A stretch of 64,000 bases of DNA, taken from the NCBI GenBank assembly GCA_004431415.1, contig QPMI01000226.1:14982-78981 (forward strand). Reading direction: 5' to 3'. The DNA is from Cyanophora paradoxa CCMP329 (lineage: Eukaryota; Plantae; Glaucophyta). Made by a program: the position numbers and the translations under genes. Below, piece by piece: positions 11,901 to 24,450 of the stretch. Every line of letters begins with the position of its first letter. Within the stretch, counting starts at the first letter, position 1. The notes beneath the pieces are model-generated. The model had not been told where the DNA came from. It worked only from the letters and a program-made list of their open reading frames with translations, and made no database searches.

Positions 11901-14900
11901 CACGACGATGGCGGGGTCGCTGGAGCTGAAGCCGAGCTCGGGGGAGGTCTTGACAACGGCGGCGCTGCTGACGTCGACGAACCCGGCGGGCCTCAAGGTG
12001 TCGAACGCCGCGGGCGTCGTGGTGGACACGAACGGGACGGCGGCCGTGTCGGCGCTGGGCGCGGTGTCGGTGAAGGGCGCATCGGTGTCGGTGGCGGGGC
12101 CGGCGACGTTCAGCGACCCGGCAAACTTCAGCTCCAGCCTGACCGTCGGGGGCGGCGCGACGCTCTCGGGGCCTGTCGTAGCGATGGCGGGCGTTTCGGC
12201 AACGGGCCAGGTGAACGCGACGCAGGGGCTGAACGTGGGCGGGCCGGGCGCGGCGCCGCTCTTCTCGGTGGACCCGGCGGGCAACACCGTGGTCCGGGGC
12301 AGCCTGACCGTGGACGGCGCGTTCAAGGCCGGCATGGCGTCCTTCTTTGACGAGTCGAAGCCGCTGCTCAACGCGACGAGCCCCCAGGGCCTGTCGATCA
12401 CGACGATGGCGGGGTCGCTGGAGCTGAAGCCGAGCTCGGGGGAGGTCTTGACAACGGCGGCGCTGCTGACGTCGACGAACCCGGCGGGCCTCAAGGTGTC
12501 GAACGCCGCGGGCGTCGTAGTGGACACGAACGGGACGGCGGCCGTGTCGGCACTGGGCGCGGTGTCGGTGAAGGGCGCATCGGTGTCGGTGGCGGGGCCG
12601 GCGACGTTCAGCGACCCGGCAAACTTCAGCTCCAGCCTGACCGTCGGGGGCAGCGCGACGCTCTCGGGGCCTGTCGTAGCGATGGTGGGCGTGTCGGCGA
12701 CGGGCCAGGTGAACGCGACGCAGGGGCTGAACGTGGGCGGGCCGGGCGCGGCGCCGCTCTTCTCGGTGGACCCGGCGGGCAACACCGTGGTCCGGGGCAG
12801 CCTGATCGTGGACGGCGCGTTCAAGGCCGGCATGGCGTCCTTCTTTGACGAGTCGAAGCCGCTGCTCAACGCGACGAGCCCCCAGGGCCTGTCGATCACG
12901 ACGATGGCGGGGTCGCTGGAGCTGAAGCCGAGCTCGGGGGAGGTCTTGACAACGGCGGCGCTGCTGACGTCGACGAACCCGGCGGGCCTCAAGGTGTCGA
13001 ACGCTGCGGGCGTCGTGGTGGACACGAACGGGACGGCGGCCGTGTCGGCGCTGGGCGCGGTGTCGGTGAAGGGCGCATCGGTGTCGGTGGCGGGGCCGGC
13101 GACGTTCAGCGACCCGGCAAACTTCAGCTCCAGCCTGACCGTCGGGGGCGGGGCGACGCTCTCGGGGCCTGTCGTAGCGATGGCGGGCGTGTCGGCGACG
13201 GGCCAGGTGAACGCGACGCAGGGGCTGAACGTGGGCGGGCCGAGCACGGCGCCGCTCTTCTCGGTGGACCCGGCGGGCAACGCTGCCGTTGGTGGAACGC
13301 TCTCTGTCAAAGGTGGTTTCGTTGGCGCAATGTCTTTCACGGACGCCCTTGTGGTGCGTAAAACGATGCTTGCGTGAAATGATGCTTCTTTTGTCGTGTT
13401 TTCGGCTAACGGGGACGTTTCTGCAGGCCCCGGGGGTGAAGGCTCCAGCGAATTTGGATATCAATGCTCCAAACGGCTCCGTGTCCTTGGCATCTTCCTC
13501 TTCATCTGGAAGCCCGAATGCTGTCACGATCGTGGGCGGGACCATTCACCTAGTTGGAGATGTTTCCGTGTCACGGCTCTCAAGCGGAGGCGGTGGCAGC
13601 TTCACTGGCGAAGTGAACACCACGACGGGCATCAACGTGGGCGGGCCGGGCGCGGCGCCGCTCTTCTCGGTGGACCCGGCGGGCAACACCGTGGTCCGGG
13701 GCAGCCTGATCGTGGACGGCGCGTTCAAGGCCGGCATGGCGTCCTTCTTTGACGAGTCGAAGCCGCTGCTCAACGCGACGAGCCCCCAGGGCCTGTCGAT
13801 CACGACGATGGCGGGGTCGCTGGAGCTGAAGCCGAGCTCGGGGGAGGTCTTGACAACGGCGGCGCTGCTGACGTCGACGAACCCGGCGGGCCTCAAGGTG
13901 TCGAACGCCGCGGGCGTCGTAGTGGACACGAACGGGACGGCGGCCGTGTCGGCGCTGGGCGCGGTGTCGGTGAAGGGCGCATCGGTGTCGGTGGCGGGGC
14001 CGGCGACGTTCAGCGACCCGGCAAACTTCAGCTCCAGCCTGACCGTCGGGGGCGGCGCGACGCTCTCGGGGCCTGTCGTAGCGATGGCGGGCGTGTCGGC
14101 GACGGGCCAGGTGAACGCGACGCAGGGGCTGAACGTGGGCGGGCCGGGCGCGGCGCCGCTCTTCTCGGTGGACCCGGCGGGCAACACCGTGGTCCGGGGC
14201 AGCCTGATCGTGGACGGCGCGTTCAAGGCCGGCATGGCGTCCTTCTTTGACGAGTCGAAGCCGCTGCTCAACGCGACGAGCCCCCAGGGCCTGTCGATCA
14301 CGACGATGGCGGGGTCGCTGGAGCTGAAGCCGAGCTCGGGGGAGGTCTTGACAACGGCGGCGCTGCTGACGTCGACGAACCCGGCGGGCCTCAAGGTGTC
14401 GAACGCCGCGGGCGTCGTGGTGGACACGAACGGGACGGCGGCCGTGTCGGCGCTGGGCGCGGTGTCGGTGAAGGGCGCATCGGTGTCGGTGGCGGGGCCG
14501 GCGACGTTCAGCGACCCGGCAAACTTCAGCTCCAGCCTGACCGTCGGGGGCGGGGCGACGCTCTCGGGGCCTGTCGTAGCGATGGCGGGCGTGTCGGCAA
14601 CGGGCCAGGTGAACGCGACGCAGGGGCTGAACGTGGGCAGGCCGGGCGCGGCGCCGCTCTTCTCGGTGGACCCGGCGGGCAACGCTGCCGTTGGTGGAAC
14701 GCTCTCTGTCAAAGGTGGTTTCGTTGGCGCAATGTCTTTCACGGACGCCCTTGTGGTGCGTAAAACGATGCTTGCGTGAAATGATGCTTCTTTTGTCGTG
14801 TTTTCGGCTAACGGGGACGTTTCTGCAGGCCCCGGGGGTGAAGGCTCCAGCGAATTTGGATATCAATGCTCCAAACGGCTCCGTGTCCTTGGCATCTTCC

Positions 14901-17900
14901 TCTTCATCTGGAAGCCCGAATGCTGTCACGATCGTGGGCGGGACCATTCACCTAGTTGGAGATGTTTCCGTGTCACGGCTCTCAAGCGGAGGCGGTGGCA
15001 GCTTCACTGGCGAAGTGAACACCACGACGGGCATCAACGTGGGCGGGCCTGGCGCGGCGCCGCTCTTCTCGGTGGACCCGGCGGGCAACACCGTGGTCCG
15101 GGGCAGCCTGATCGTGGACGGCGCGTTCAAGGCCGGCATGGCGTCCTTCTTTGACGAGTCGAAGCCGCTGCTCAACGCGACGAGCCCCCAGGGCCTGTCG
15201 ATCACGACGATGGCGGGGTCGCTGGAGCTGAAGCCGAGCTCGGGGGAGGTCTTGACAACGGCGGCGCTGCTGACGTCGACGAACCCGGCGGGCCTCAAGG
15301 TGTCGAACGCTGCGGGCGTCGTGGTGGACACGAACGGGACGGCGGCCGTGTCGGCGCTGGGCGCGGTGTCGGTGAAGGGCGCATCGGTGTCGGTGGCGGG
15401 GCCGGCGACGTTCAGCGACCCGGCAAACTTCAGCGCTGGCGTAACTATTCTGGGCGGGTCGACATTCGCGGGTCATCTCGCTGTGATGGCGGACGTGTCG
15501 GCTACGGGCCAGGTGAATGCGACGCAGGGGCTGAACGTAGGCGGGCCGGGCGCGGCGCCCGTGTTTTCTGTCGATGCCATGGGGAAGGTGTCGGCTGCAT
15601 CCGTCTCAGTTGCAGCAGACATGATGGTGCATTCCGCGTTTCAATTCGCCCTAACTTCTTTCTTTCATTGAATGCATCAATCTTACGCTCTTTGTGCAGG
15701 TTTCCTCTATCGTCACCTCAAGTGTAAAATCGAGCGCCACTTCCAACCTGGCGTTAAGCGCTCCCAATGGCTCCGTCTCTCTCTCATCGGCGGCATCGGC
15801 CCTTCCAAGTTCAGTGTCTATTTCAAGTTCATCTATCAATCTGAATGGAGCTGTATACCTGGCGTCCCTGTCAGCAAGCACTAGTGGATTCTTTGCCGGT
15901 GAAGTGAACACCACGACGGGCATCAACGTGGGCGGGCCGGGCGCGGCGCCGCTCTTCTCGGTGGACCCGGCGGGCAACACCGTGGTCCGGGGCAGCCTGA
16001 TCGTGGACGGCGCGTTCAAGGCCGGCATGGCGTCCTTCTTTGACGAGTCGAAGCCGCTGCTCAACGCGACGAGCCCCCAGGGCCTGTCGATCACGACGAT
16101 GGCGGGGTCGCTGGAGCTGAAGCCGAGCTCGGGGGAGGTCTTGACAACGGCGGCGCTGCTGACGTCGACGAACCCGGCGGGCCTCAAGGTGTCGAACGCC
16201 GCGGGCGTCGTAGTGGACACGAACGGGACGGCGGCCGTGTCGGCGCTGGGCGCGGTGTCGGTGAAGGGCGCATCGGTGTCGGTGGCGGGGCCGGCGACGT
16301 TCAGCGACCCGGCAAACTTCAGCTCCAGCCTGACCGTCGGGGGCGGGGCGACACTCTCGGGGCCTGTCGTAGCGATGGCGGGCGTGTCGGCGACGGGCCA
16401 GGTGAACGCAACGCAGGGGCTGAACGTGGGCGGGCCGGGCGCGGCGCCGCTCTTCTCGGTGGACCCGGCGGGTAACGCTGCCGTTGGTGGGACGCTCTCT
16501 GTCAAAGGTGGTTTCGTCGGCCCCATGACCTTCTCTGATCCGGTTTCGGTGTGCTCTTTGTCTGCGTGCATTACAACACAGCGCTCGCTCACTTTATTAT
16601 GCAGGCTCCGGGAGTGAAGGCGCCGTCAGACCTCGCTCTAACGGCCCCGAACGGGAGCGTGACGGTGGCGTCGTCGCCAGTCGCGGCCGGCAGCAGCGTG
16701 GCTACGATATCGGCTTCGTCAGTCGTCCTCTCCGGTGCGGTTTCCGTCAACTCTCTCTCCAGTATGGGGGATGTGGCGACTGTTGGCTACGTCAACGCGT
16801 CTTTGGGGCTCGTTGTTGGCGCTTCGGGAGCACCGCCCGCATTCTCAGTTGACGCGGGCGGCAAGACCGCCGTGTCTGCTCTGTTCTCTGCCTCTGACGT
16901 AACGGTGGGCTCCCCGTGCTCTCCTCGCCCCATCCGATCCAATGTGATGCGCGCAGGCACAAACTCTCGTCGCGTCAATGTTGAAGGCGCCCGGAGCTTC
17001 GAACCTCGCCATGTCCGCGAATGGATCCGTGTCGTTGGCGTCTTCATCCGGTGCAAACTCGATTGTGCTCAACGGCGCCTCCATCACCCTCGCCGGCGCC
17101 GTCTCTGCCAGCAGCATCTCAAGCCCGGGTGCGGCATCGTTCGGCGGGCTCGTCAACATGTCCCAGGGCCTCAACGTCGGCGCCCCGGGCGCCCCGCCGG
17201 TCTTCTCCGTGGACCCGGCCGGCAACACTGTTGTGGGGGGTTCACTTGCTGTGAAGGGCGGTTTTGCTGGCCCCATGTCTTTTTCCGATCCAGTTGTGGT
17301 TCGCCACTCGTTAGCCTCGAGTACCGTGATCTCCTTTGCTGACTCCTTCGTTTGCTCAGGCTCCCGGTATCAAGGCTCCCGCCAACCTCGACCTGAATGC
17401 ACCGAACGGGACGATTTCCCTTGTAACCTCGCCGTCTGCTGTCGCCACGAATGTCGTGACCATTGCAGCCTCGGCCATCGACCTTCTGGGAGCTGTCTCC
17501 GTCAATAGGCTGAACAGCGCAGGCGGCGCATCTTTTGGCGGTGAGGTCAATGCCTCCCAGATAAACGTCGGTCCTCCGGGGGCGCCGCCGGTCTTTTCCG
17601 TAGACACCAGCGGCAAGCTCGCTATTGCAAGTGTAGTCGCTGCCGGCGATGTGATGGTGAGTCCGACGCAGGCAGCTGCATTCGCAGGCAGCTGATCGCT
17701 CTCCACAGGCACAAGCAGTTGTCGCACCAGCCGTCATGGCGCCGGGGGCTGCCAACCTGGCGCTCAGTGCAAACGGATCAGTGTCCCTCTCTTCTTCCGC
17801 CTCCGCCGCCGCAAACAATATAGTTATGGCCAGCTCCTCCATCACTCTTGCTGGGCCGGTCTCTGTCAACAGCCTGAACAGTCCCGGTGAGGCGTCGTTC

Positions 17901-20677
17901 GGTGGGCTGGTCAACATGTCGCAAGGCTTGAACGTCGGTGCTCCGGGCGCCCCGCCGGCCTTCTCGGTCGATGCCGGCGGCAACGTCCTCGCCAATTCGC
18001 TCGCGCTCAAGGGCGGCTTCTCGGGCGGCTCCGTTGCATTCGCGGACCCCATCACGGTGAGCGGCTCTGCCCAATCGCATGCAAGGATCGCACCCTCACC
18101 AGTTCCGTTCTTCGCAGGCGCCGGGCCTCAAGGCCCCGTCCGACCTCTCGCTGTCCGCTCCGAACGGCACGGTCTCGCTCGCCTCGTCAGGCTCGGCGAC
18201 CCCCGCCGGGCCGAGCGCCATCACGCTCGCCGCGACGGCGATCAATCTTGTCGGGACGGTCTCGATGAGCGGGCTCGACGTGACGGGCGACGCGGCCTTC
18301 AACGGGCTCATCAACACGACGCTGGGCGTGCAGGTGGGGCCGCCGGGCGCCCCGCCGGCGTTCTCGGTGGACGGAGGCGGCAGAGTTGCCGCGTCCGAGG
18401 TCGTGTCGACGGGCGACATCGTCGCTCCCTCCGTGAAGGCCCCAGCCGCATCGAACCTGGCGCTCAGCGCCCCCAATGGGAGCGTGTCGCTGTCGTCGTC
18501 GGCGCCTCCGGCCGGGCCGAGCAGCGTTACCATCGCGGGCTCGTCCATCAATCTCGTCGGCGCCGTCTCTGCTGGCAGCCTCTCGAGCTCCGGCGAGGCG
18601 TCGTTTGGCGGGCAGGTGAACTCGACGCAAGGGCTCAACGTCGGCGCCCCGGGCGCCCCGCCGGTCTTCTCCGTGGACCCATCCGGCAACACAGTTGTGG
18701 GCGGTAAACTTGCCGTATCGGGCGGTTTCACCGGCCCCATATCTTCTTCCACCACAATTTCGGTTCGCCTCTCATTGTCACAAAGTTTCGCACTCTTCTT
18801 TGCTGAGTCTTCGTTCGTTCAGGCTCCCGGCATCACGGCTCCCGTCAACCTCGATTTGTTTGCGCCGACGGGGATGATTTCCCTCTCGTCGTCTGCACCG
18901 AGCGGGATGATCTCCCTCACCGCCCCGTCCATCAATCTCGCCGGCGCTGCCTATGTCAACAGCCTCTCGAGCTCGGGCGGGGCGTCGTTCGGCGGGCAGG
19001 TCAACATGTCGCAGGGCCTCCAAGTCGGCGCCCCGGGCGCCCCGCCGGTCTTCTCCGTGGACGCCGCCGGCAACGTCCTCGCCAGCTCGCTCGCGCTCAT
19101 GAACGGCATCACGGGCGACGTCACGGTGCGCCGCCCCACCCGCCCGCGCGAGCGCTGCGACGGCGGCTGAGGCGCCGGCTGCCGCGCAGGCGCAGTCGGT
19201 GGTCTCGCCCTCCGTGAAGGCCCCGGAGTCGATGGACCTGGCGCTGAGCGCGGCGAACGGGTCCGTCTCGCTGGCGTCGGCGTCGGCCGGCGGGAGCAGC
19301 GCGGTGAAGATCACGGGGGCGACCATCGCCCTCGCCGGCGACGTCTCCGCCAAGAGCCTCGCCGTCGTCCCGCCCGCCGGCCCGCCGACCTTCTCCGTGG
19401 ACCCCTCGGGCGCTGTCTCCGCCCAGCTCCTCTCCGTCCCCTCGGTCAAGGCCGCCGCGAACCTCGCCGTGTCGGCCCCCAACGGGACCCTCTCCCTCTC
19501 GGCGGCCTCGCCCTCGACGCCGGCGGGGTCGAGCACGGTGACGATCGCGAGCTCGAACATCGCCCTCGCGGGGGCCGTCGTCGCGAACAGCCTCCGCTCC
19601 ATAGGCGACCTCTCCGCCCCGCGCCTCGTCGCCGGCGAGGTCGCCGCCAACGGCACCCTCTCCCTCTCCGCCTCCGTCCCCTCGGCCAGCGCCGGCAACG
19701 TCACCATCTCCGCCGCCCTCGTCACCCTCAGCAGCAACGTCGCCGTCGTCGGGGGCGCCCAGATCGCCGGCGCCCTCTCCGCCGGCTCCTTCTCCGCCAC
19801 CAACATCAGCGCCGTGCGCCCCGCCCCGCCCCGCCCCGCGCCCGCCGGCGTGCTCACACGCCGCCTGGCGCAGGGCGGCCTGGTGGCGAACACGCTGAAG
19901 CCGTCGGCGGCCAACCTGGCGCTCTCGGCGCCCAACGGGCAGGTGACGATCTCGGGGTCGGCGGCGCCGCCGCCGGCCGGCGTGAGCGCCGTGGCGATCG
20001 ATGGGGACCTCATCGCGCTGAACGGCGACGTCACCGCCGACTCGCTCACCGCCGCCGGCTCCCTCACCGCCGCCTCCGCCAAGGCCCGCCCCCCGCCCCG
20101 CCCCCCTCGAGGGGCCGCCCCTCACCGCCGGGGCGCAGGTGGCGTCGGTCTCGATCGGGCCGGCGGGGGGGTCGGGGACGGACGGGGCGATCTCGAGCGC
20201 GGGGAGCCTCTCGATCTCGGCGGGCAACAGCAGCGCCGCCCCGCCCTCGCCCTCCGCCGGTTCCATCACCATCTCCACCTCCGTCCGCCCCCCCGCCCCC
20301 CCGCCCCTGGCCGGGGCCGACGGGGCGGGGCGCAGGGCACGGGGGTGCTGGCGGTGGACGACCTGCAGATGAAGGGCTCGCGCATCTCCTCGACGATCGG
20401 CCATGTGCGCTTCGCGGCGAGCGCGTCGCCGTCGACCCCCATGGGGAACCTCATCTACGCGAACCCGGATCTAGCCGCCGGGAGCATGACGATCAACCTG
20501 GAGGCGTGCAACGCCGACAGCGCCGGCGCCCTCGTCCTCATCTACTGCGAGGGCACCGGCACCTACACCTGCACCGTCGGCTCCCAGACCTTCACCCCCA
20601 GCCCCTCCAACGACGTCTTCACCTGCGGCTGCTTCGACAAGGGCTCCGGCGTCTTCAGCTGGCGCTGCAAGATGTGA
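8977..20677 (+). CDS. Giant (about 3,400 aa) secreted Gly/Ser/Ala/Val/Thr-rich beta-repeat protein with Cys-rich C-terminal domain
   Basis: Signal-like RLLVPVVLWLCLSRAHA|W; frame is maintained across GT-AG and GC-AG introns; 166-aa tandem repeats; ends in a 6-Cys domain ...FSWRCKM*; start codon uncertain. Confidence 0.85.
10663..16490 (+). repeat. 498-bp (166-aa) near-identical coding tandem repeats with a 1402-bp higher-order duplication
   Basis: GCGACGCTCTCGGGGCCT at 10663, 11161, 11659, 12157, 12655 and 13153; more units to about 16490; block at 13289 repeated at 14691 including an identical intron. Confidence 0.97.
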
Positions 20678-20979
20678 GCCGTCGCCTCGTTGTAAAGATC
20701 CCTCTTTCTTTTAGTTTAGTTTAAGTAGGGTTACGTAGGGTCTATTTATTGTTTCTTTGCTAGCCCTACACCTCGCGGGGCGGGCCCGCAGCTTAGCTTG
20801 CGGTTGTTCAGAATCTTCACGTTGTCGTTTACATTCAATCGATGAACTCTTGCTTGCGTGTTAGGCCCGCGCATGATGATGGATGCGATGCATGCGCACG
20901 CGCGCGCGGGGTAGGGTGCACTTCGTTCGCACGCCGGCTGCCGGAAGCTCTCCGAGCTCGAGGCCGAAGCTTAGCTCCG

Positions 20980-22984
20980 ATGGCCCCGATAACGCTCCAG
21001 GTCAAGTCGTCGACGGGCGCCAAGTTCACCGTAGAGGTGCGCCGGGCGCCGCACGTGGCTCCGGATGAGCGCGTGGCGCCGTCTGAGCGCCGGGCCGAGC
21101 GCTCCTGCGTGCTCCGCGCGTCATTCTACGCTCGCTGAACTTGCTTTCCACCAGGTGGAGCCGAGCGAGACCATCAGCGCCCTGAAAACGACTCTCGAGC
21201 AGAAGTCCGAGATTCCAGCCTCGCAGCAGCGGCTCATTTACCGCGGACGTATTCTCAAGGACGACCTCACTATCGAGAGCTACAGTGCGCCTCCCGCCGG
21301 CCCCCCGCCTGCTGCCGGCGGCCCGTGACCATTCCTCGCAGACATTGAGAATGACCACACGCTGCACCTCGTTCGAAACGCATCTCAGTCGTCTACTGGC
21401 GCCTCGGCGGCTGCGCCGACAGCGGCCGCACAAACCGCGCCGGCAGCAACAGGTTCGCTTCGCTCGAATGGTCTTCGCCCGTCTCGTGGGGCCGGGCTGC
21501 CTGGCGCTCTCTTATCCAAGCTAAGTCTGAGCACCTATGTCGCCTCGTTGACTGGCAAGCTCAGGGGCGCCAGCCGCTGGAGGACAGGCAGCGGGCATGG
21601 ATCCTTTCGGCATGGGCGGGATGTTCGGAGGGTTCGGCGGCGGCATGGGAGTGCCAAACTTGGGTCAGTTCCAGCAGCAGATGATGCAGAACCCCGACAT
21701 GATGCGCGAGATGATGAACTCGCCGATGATGCAGGCGCGCTCTGCTCGCGCCCCCGCCAGACGCTCTCTGCCCGCGCTGACGCGCTGCTGCAGTCGATGA
21801 TGAACAACCCGGAGCTGCTGCGGTCGCTCATGATGGCGAACCCGGCGATGCGGCAGGTCATCGAGAACAACCCCGAGATCAACCAGTGCGCCGGGCGCCG
21901 CAGCGCGCCCCGAAGCCTCCTCGCCTGACCGCCGTCGCGCCTCGCCGCAGCATGCTCAACGATCCGCAGGTGGGGCCCTCCTTTTCGCTCCTTTTCGCTC
22001 CTTTGCGGGGCGCGGGGCGTGACTGTGCGCGGGGCGCAGCTGCTGCGGCAGACGATGGAGATGGCGCGGAACCCGGAGCTGATGCGGGAGATGACGCGGA
22101 ACGCGGACCGGGCGATGAGCAACATCGAGGCGCTGCCCGGCGGCTTCGACGCGCTGCGCCGCATGTACACCAACGTCCAGGAGCCCCTCATGAACGCCGC
22201 GACGGGGCCCGCCGCCAACCCCTTCGCTGCCCTCTTCGGCGGCGCCCCCGGCGCCGGCGCCGGCCAGACCGCCGCCCCGCCCGCGCCCCAGGGCCAGCCC
22301 AACAACGCCCCGCTCCCCAACCCCTGGGCCCCCTCGGCGCCCGCCCGGCGACCGGCACCGGCGCGGCACCGGCCGGCGGCGCGGCAGCAGGGGCGCGGGC
22401 GGGGCGGCGGCGGGCGGCGCGGCGGCGGCGAACCCGTTCGCGGCGCTGGGCGGCATGGGCGGCATGGGCATGCCGGGGATGGGGATGCCGGGGATGGGGA
22501 TGGACCCGAGCGCCATCGCCGGCCTCATGCAGGCGCGCCCCGCCGCCCCGCCCCCGCCGCCGCCGCCGCCGCTGACGGAGGGGCCGGCGGCAGAACCCGG
22601 CGATGCAGCAGATGATGAGCACGATGCTCTCGAACCCGCAGTTCGTCGAGTCGGTGCGCCGCGCGCCGCCCCTCCCCCGGGGGCCGGGCTGTGGTGAGGG
22701 GCGGGGGCGCAGATGATGGACGCGAACCCTTTCGTGCGGGAGATGGCGGCGGCGAACCCGCAGCTGCGCACCATGCTCACCAACCCCGAGTTCCTCCGCA
22801 GCCTCTCCAACCCCCAGACCCTCTCGGCCATGATGCAGCTCCAGTCCGCGATGGGCACCCTCCAGCAGGCCGGCCTCTTCCCCGGCGCCCCCGGGGCGCC
22901 CGGCGGGGCCTCGGCCGCCGGGGGCGGGGCGGCGGGCGGGGCGCCGCTGGACATGGCGGCGATGATGCAGGGCCTCCAGGGCCT

Positions 22985-23019
<35 letters not shown>

Positions 23020-23246
23020 CCTCCCCGCCCCCGCCGGCCGGTGCGCTGCGGCGGGGCCAGCGGGGCGCCTCGCTGGGGCTGAGGGGGGCGGGGCGGGGCG
23101 CAGGCCCTCCGGAGGAGGTGTACGCGGGCCAGCTGCGGCAGCTGGAGGACATGGGCTTCCTCGAGCGCGACGCGAACCTCGCCGCCCTCACCGCCACCCG
23201 CGGCAACGTACAGGCCGCCGTCGACCGCCTCCTCGGCGGCCTCTGA
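20980..23246 (+). CDS. DSK2: Ubiquilin / Dsk2 (UBL-STI1-UBA)
   Basis: UBL: [36 protein letters not shown]; STI1: [44 protein letters not shown]; UBA: [38 protein letters not shown]. Confidence 0.96.
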
Positions 23247-23379
23247 GCCCCGCGCCCCCGCACCCCGCCCCGCCCCCCGCACCCCGCCCCCCTCCCGCCC
23301 CCTCCGGCCCCCGCCTCCCCCGCTCGCCCCGGCCCCTGTAAAATTCACCCGAATTCCCCACTGGGCCACGGCGCCGCGC

Positions 23380-24230
23380 GCCCGGTGCAAGCTAGTGGGG
23401 GGCCCGCATCAGGACTGGCAGCCCGCACAGATTCTTTCGACTGCGGAAGTGTAAGTAGTATGCCCTTACGATTCATGATCATCATGGCCCAGTGGCATCG
23501 GACTATAGCTAGTACCGTACTACGGTAGTACGTGAATCATGGCATCTAATCATGATCATGATCATGAGTATGCCCAGTGCCCGGCCAGCTAGGCCCCCCA
23601 TGGCCACCGAGCCGCTGAGCCGCCGGGCCGAGCCGAGTCGGATCCGGAGGGCTCAGCGGCTGGCGGCGGCCCGGCCTTGCGCACTGCGGCATGCGGCGGC
23701 CTGTAGCTAGCGGAGGGTCATGCGGGAGGTGTGGAAGGCCAACGAGATGAGGGTCACGAGGACGCCCATCGCCTCCCTCTCCCGCGCCCGGCCCTGCCCC
23801 ACCGATCGCTAGCTAGCTATAGCCCCCTGACTCGTGACTCTGTGATCAGTGAGCCAACAGTACTACCGTAGTACCGTAGTACGGCAGTGCCACCCCCGTG
23901 ACCGGTGCCCGGCCTTGCGTGATCATAAGACTCTGAGATCTAGAGGCTTGACTCAGTGAGCTCGAGTTACAGTGCCACGGTGATCATGATCATCGAATCA
24001 TGACACGTGCCACACGGTGCACGTGCACAATCAGGATAAATCGATCAGTACCGTAGTACCGTAGTACCGTATTACTACGCCGTGACGGTAGTCACTGAGT
24101 ACTGCCTGGTCCCTTGGCCAGCTGCCAGGCCCACGATCCAATGATCAGCGGCTTGCACTGCCAGGCTGCCGCAGTGCGGCACATGTACAGCGGCTGCAAG
24201 CCTTTGAGGCTTCGAGAGTTTCATCCGACA
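23380..24230. repeat. Intergenic mosaic of short palindromic words
   Basis: ATCATGATCATGAT, (GTAGTACC)n, CTAGCTAGCTATAG and GTGCCACGGTG also occur at 2680-3290 and/or 50460-51010. Confidence 0.75.
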
Positions 24231-24450
24231 AAAATAAATCGGTGTATTGAATTGCCAGGCATTGAATTGGGGGGGCCGCGGGCCAAGGAAGCGCGAGAGG
24301 GGGAGGGAAAGAAGGGTGGGGTGATGGGGGGGAGGGGGGGAGGGGGAGGGGGGAGGGGGGGGCGGGAAGGGGGAGGAGGGGTTAGGGTCTGGGAAAGAGA
24401 GAGGAACAAGGCGGCAGAAGGAGAGGAAGATGAGAGGGGGCGGGTGGGTG

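Noticed and set aside
10458-14947. Very long antisense ORFs (960, 1015, 455 aa) over the repeat gene
   Set aside because: Shadows of a GC-rich tandem repeat that lacks stops; the plus frame has the splice sites, signal peptide and coherent composition
20691-20695. TGTAA as a chlorophyte-type poly(A) signal (also 23337)
   Set aside because: Seen after only two genes; not consistent enough to call
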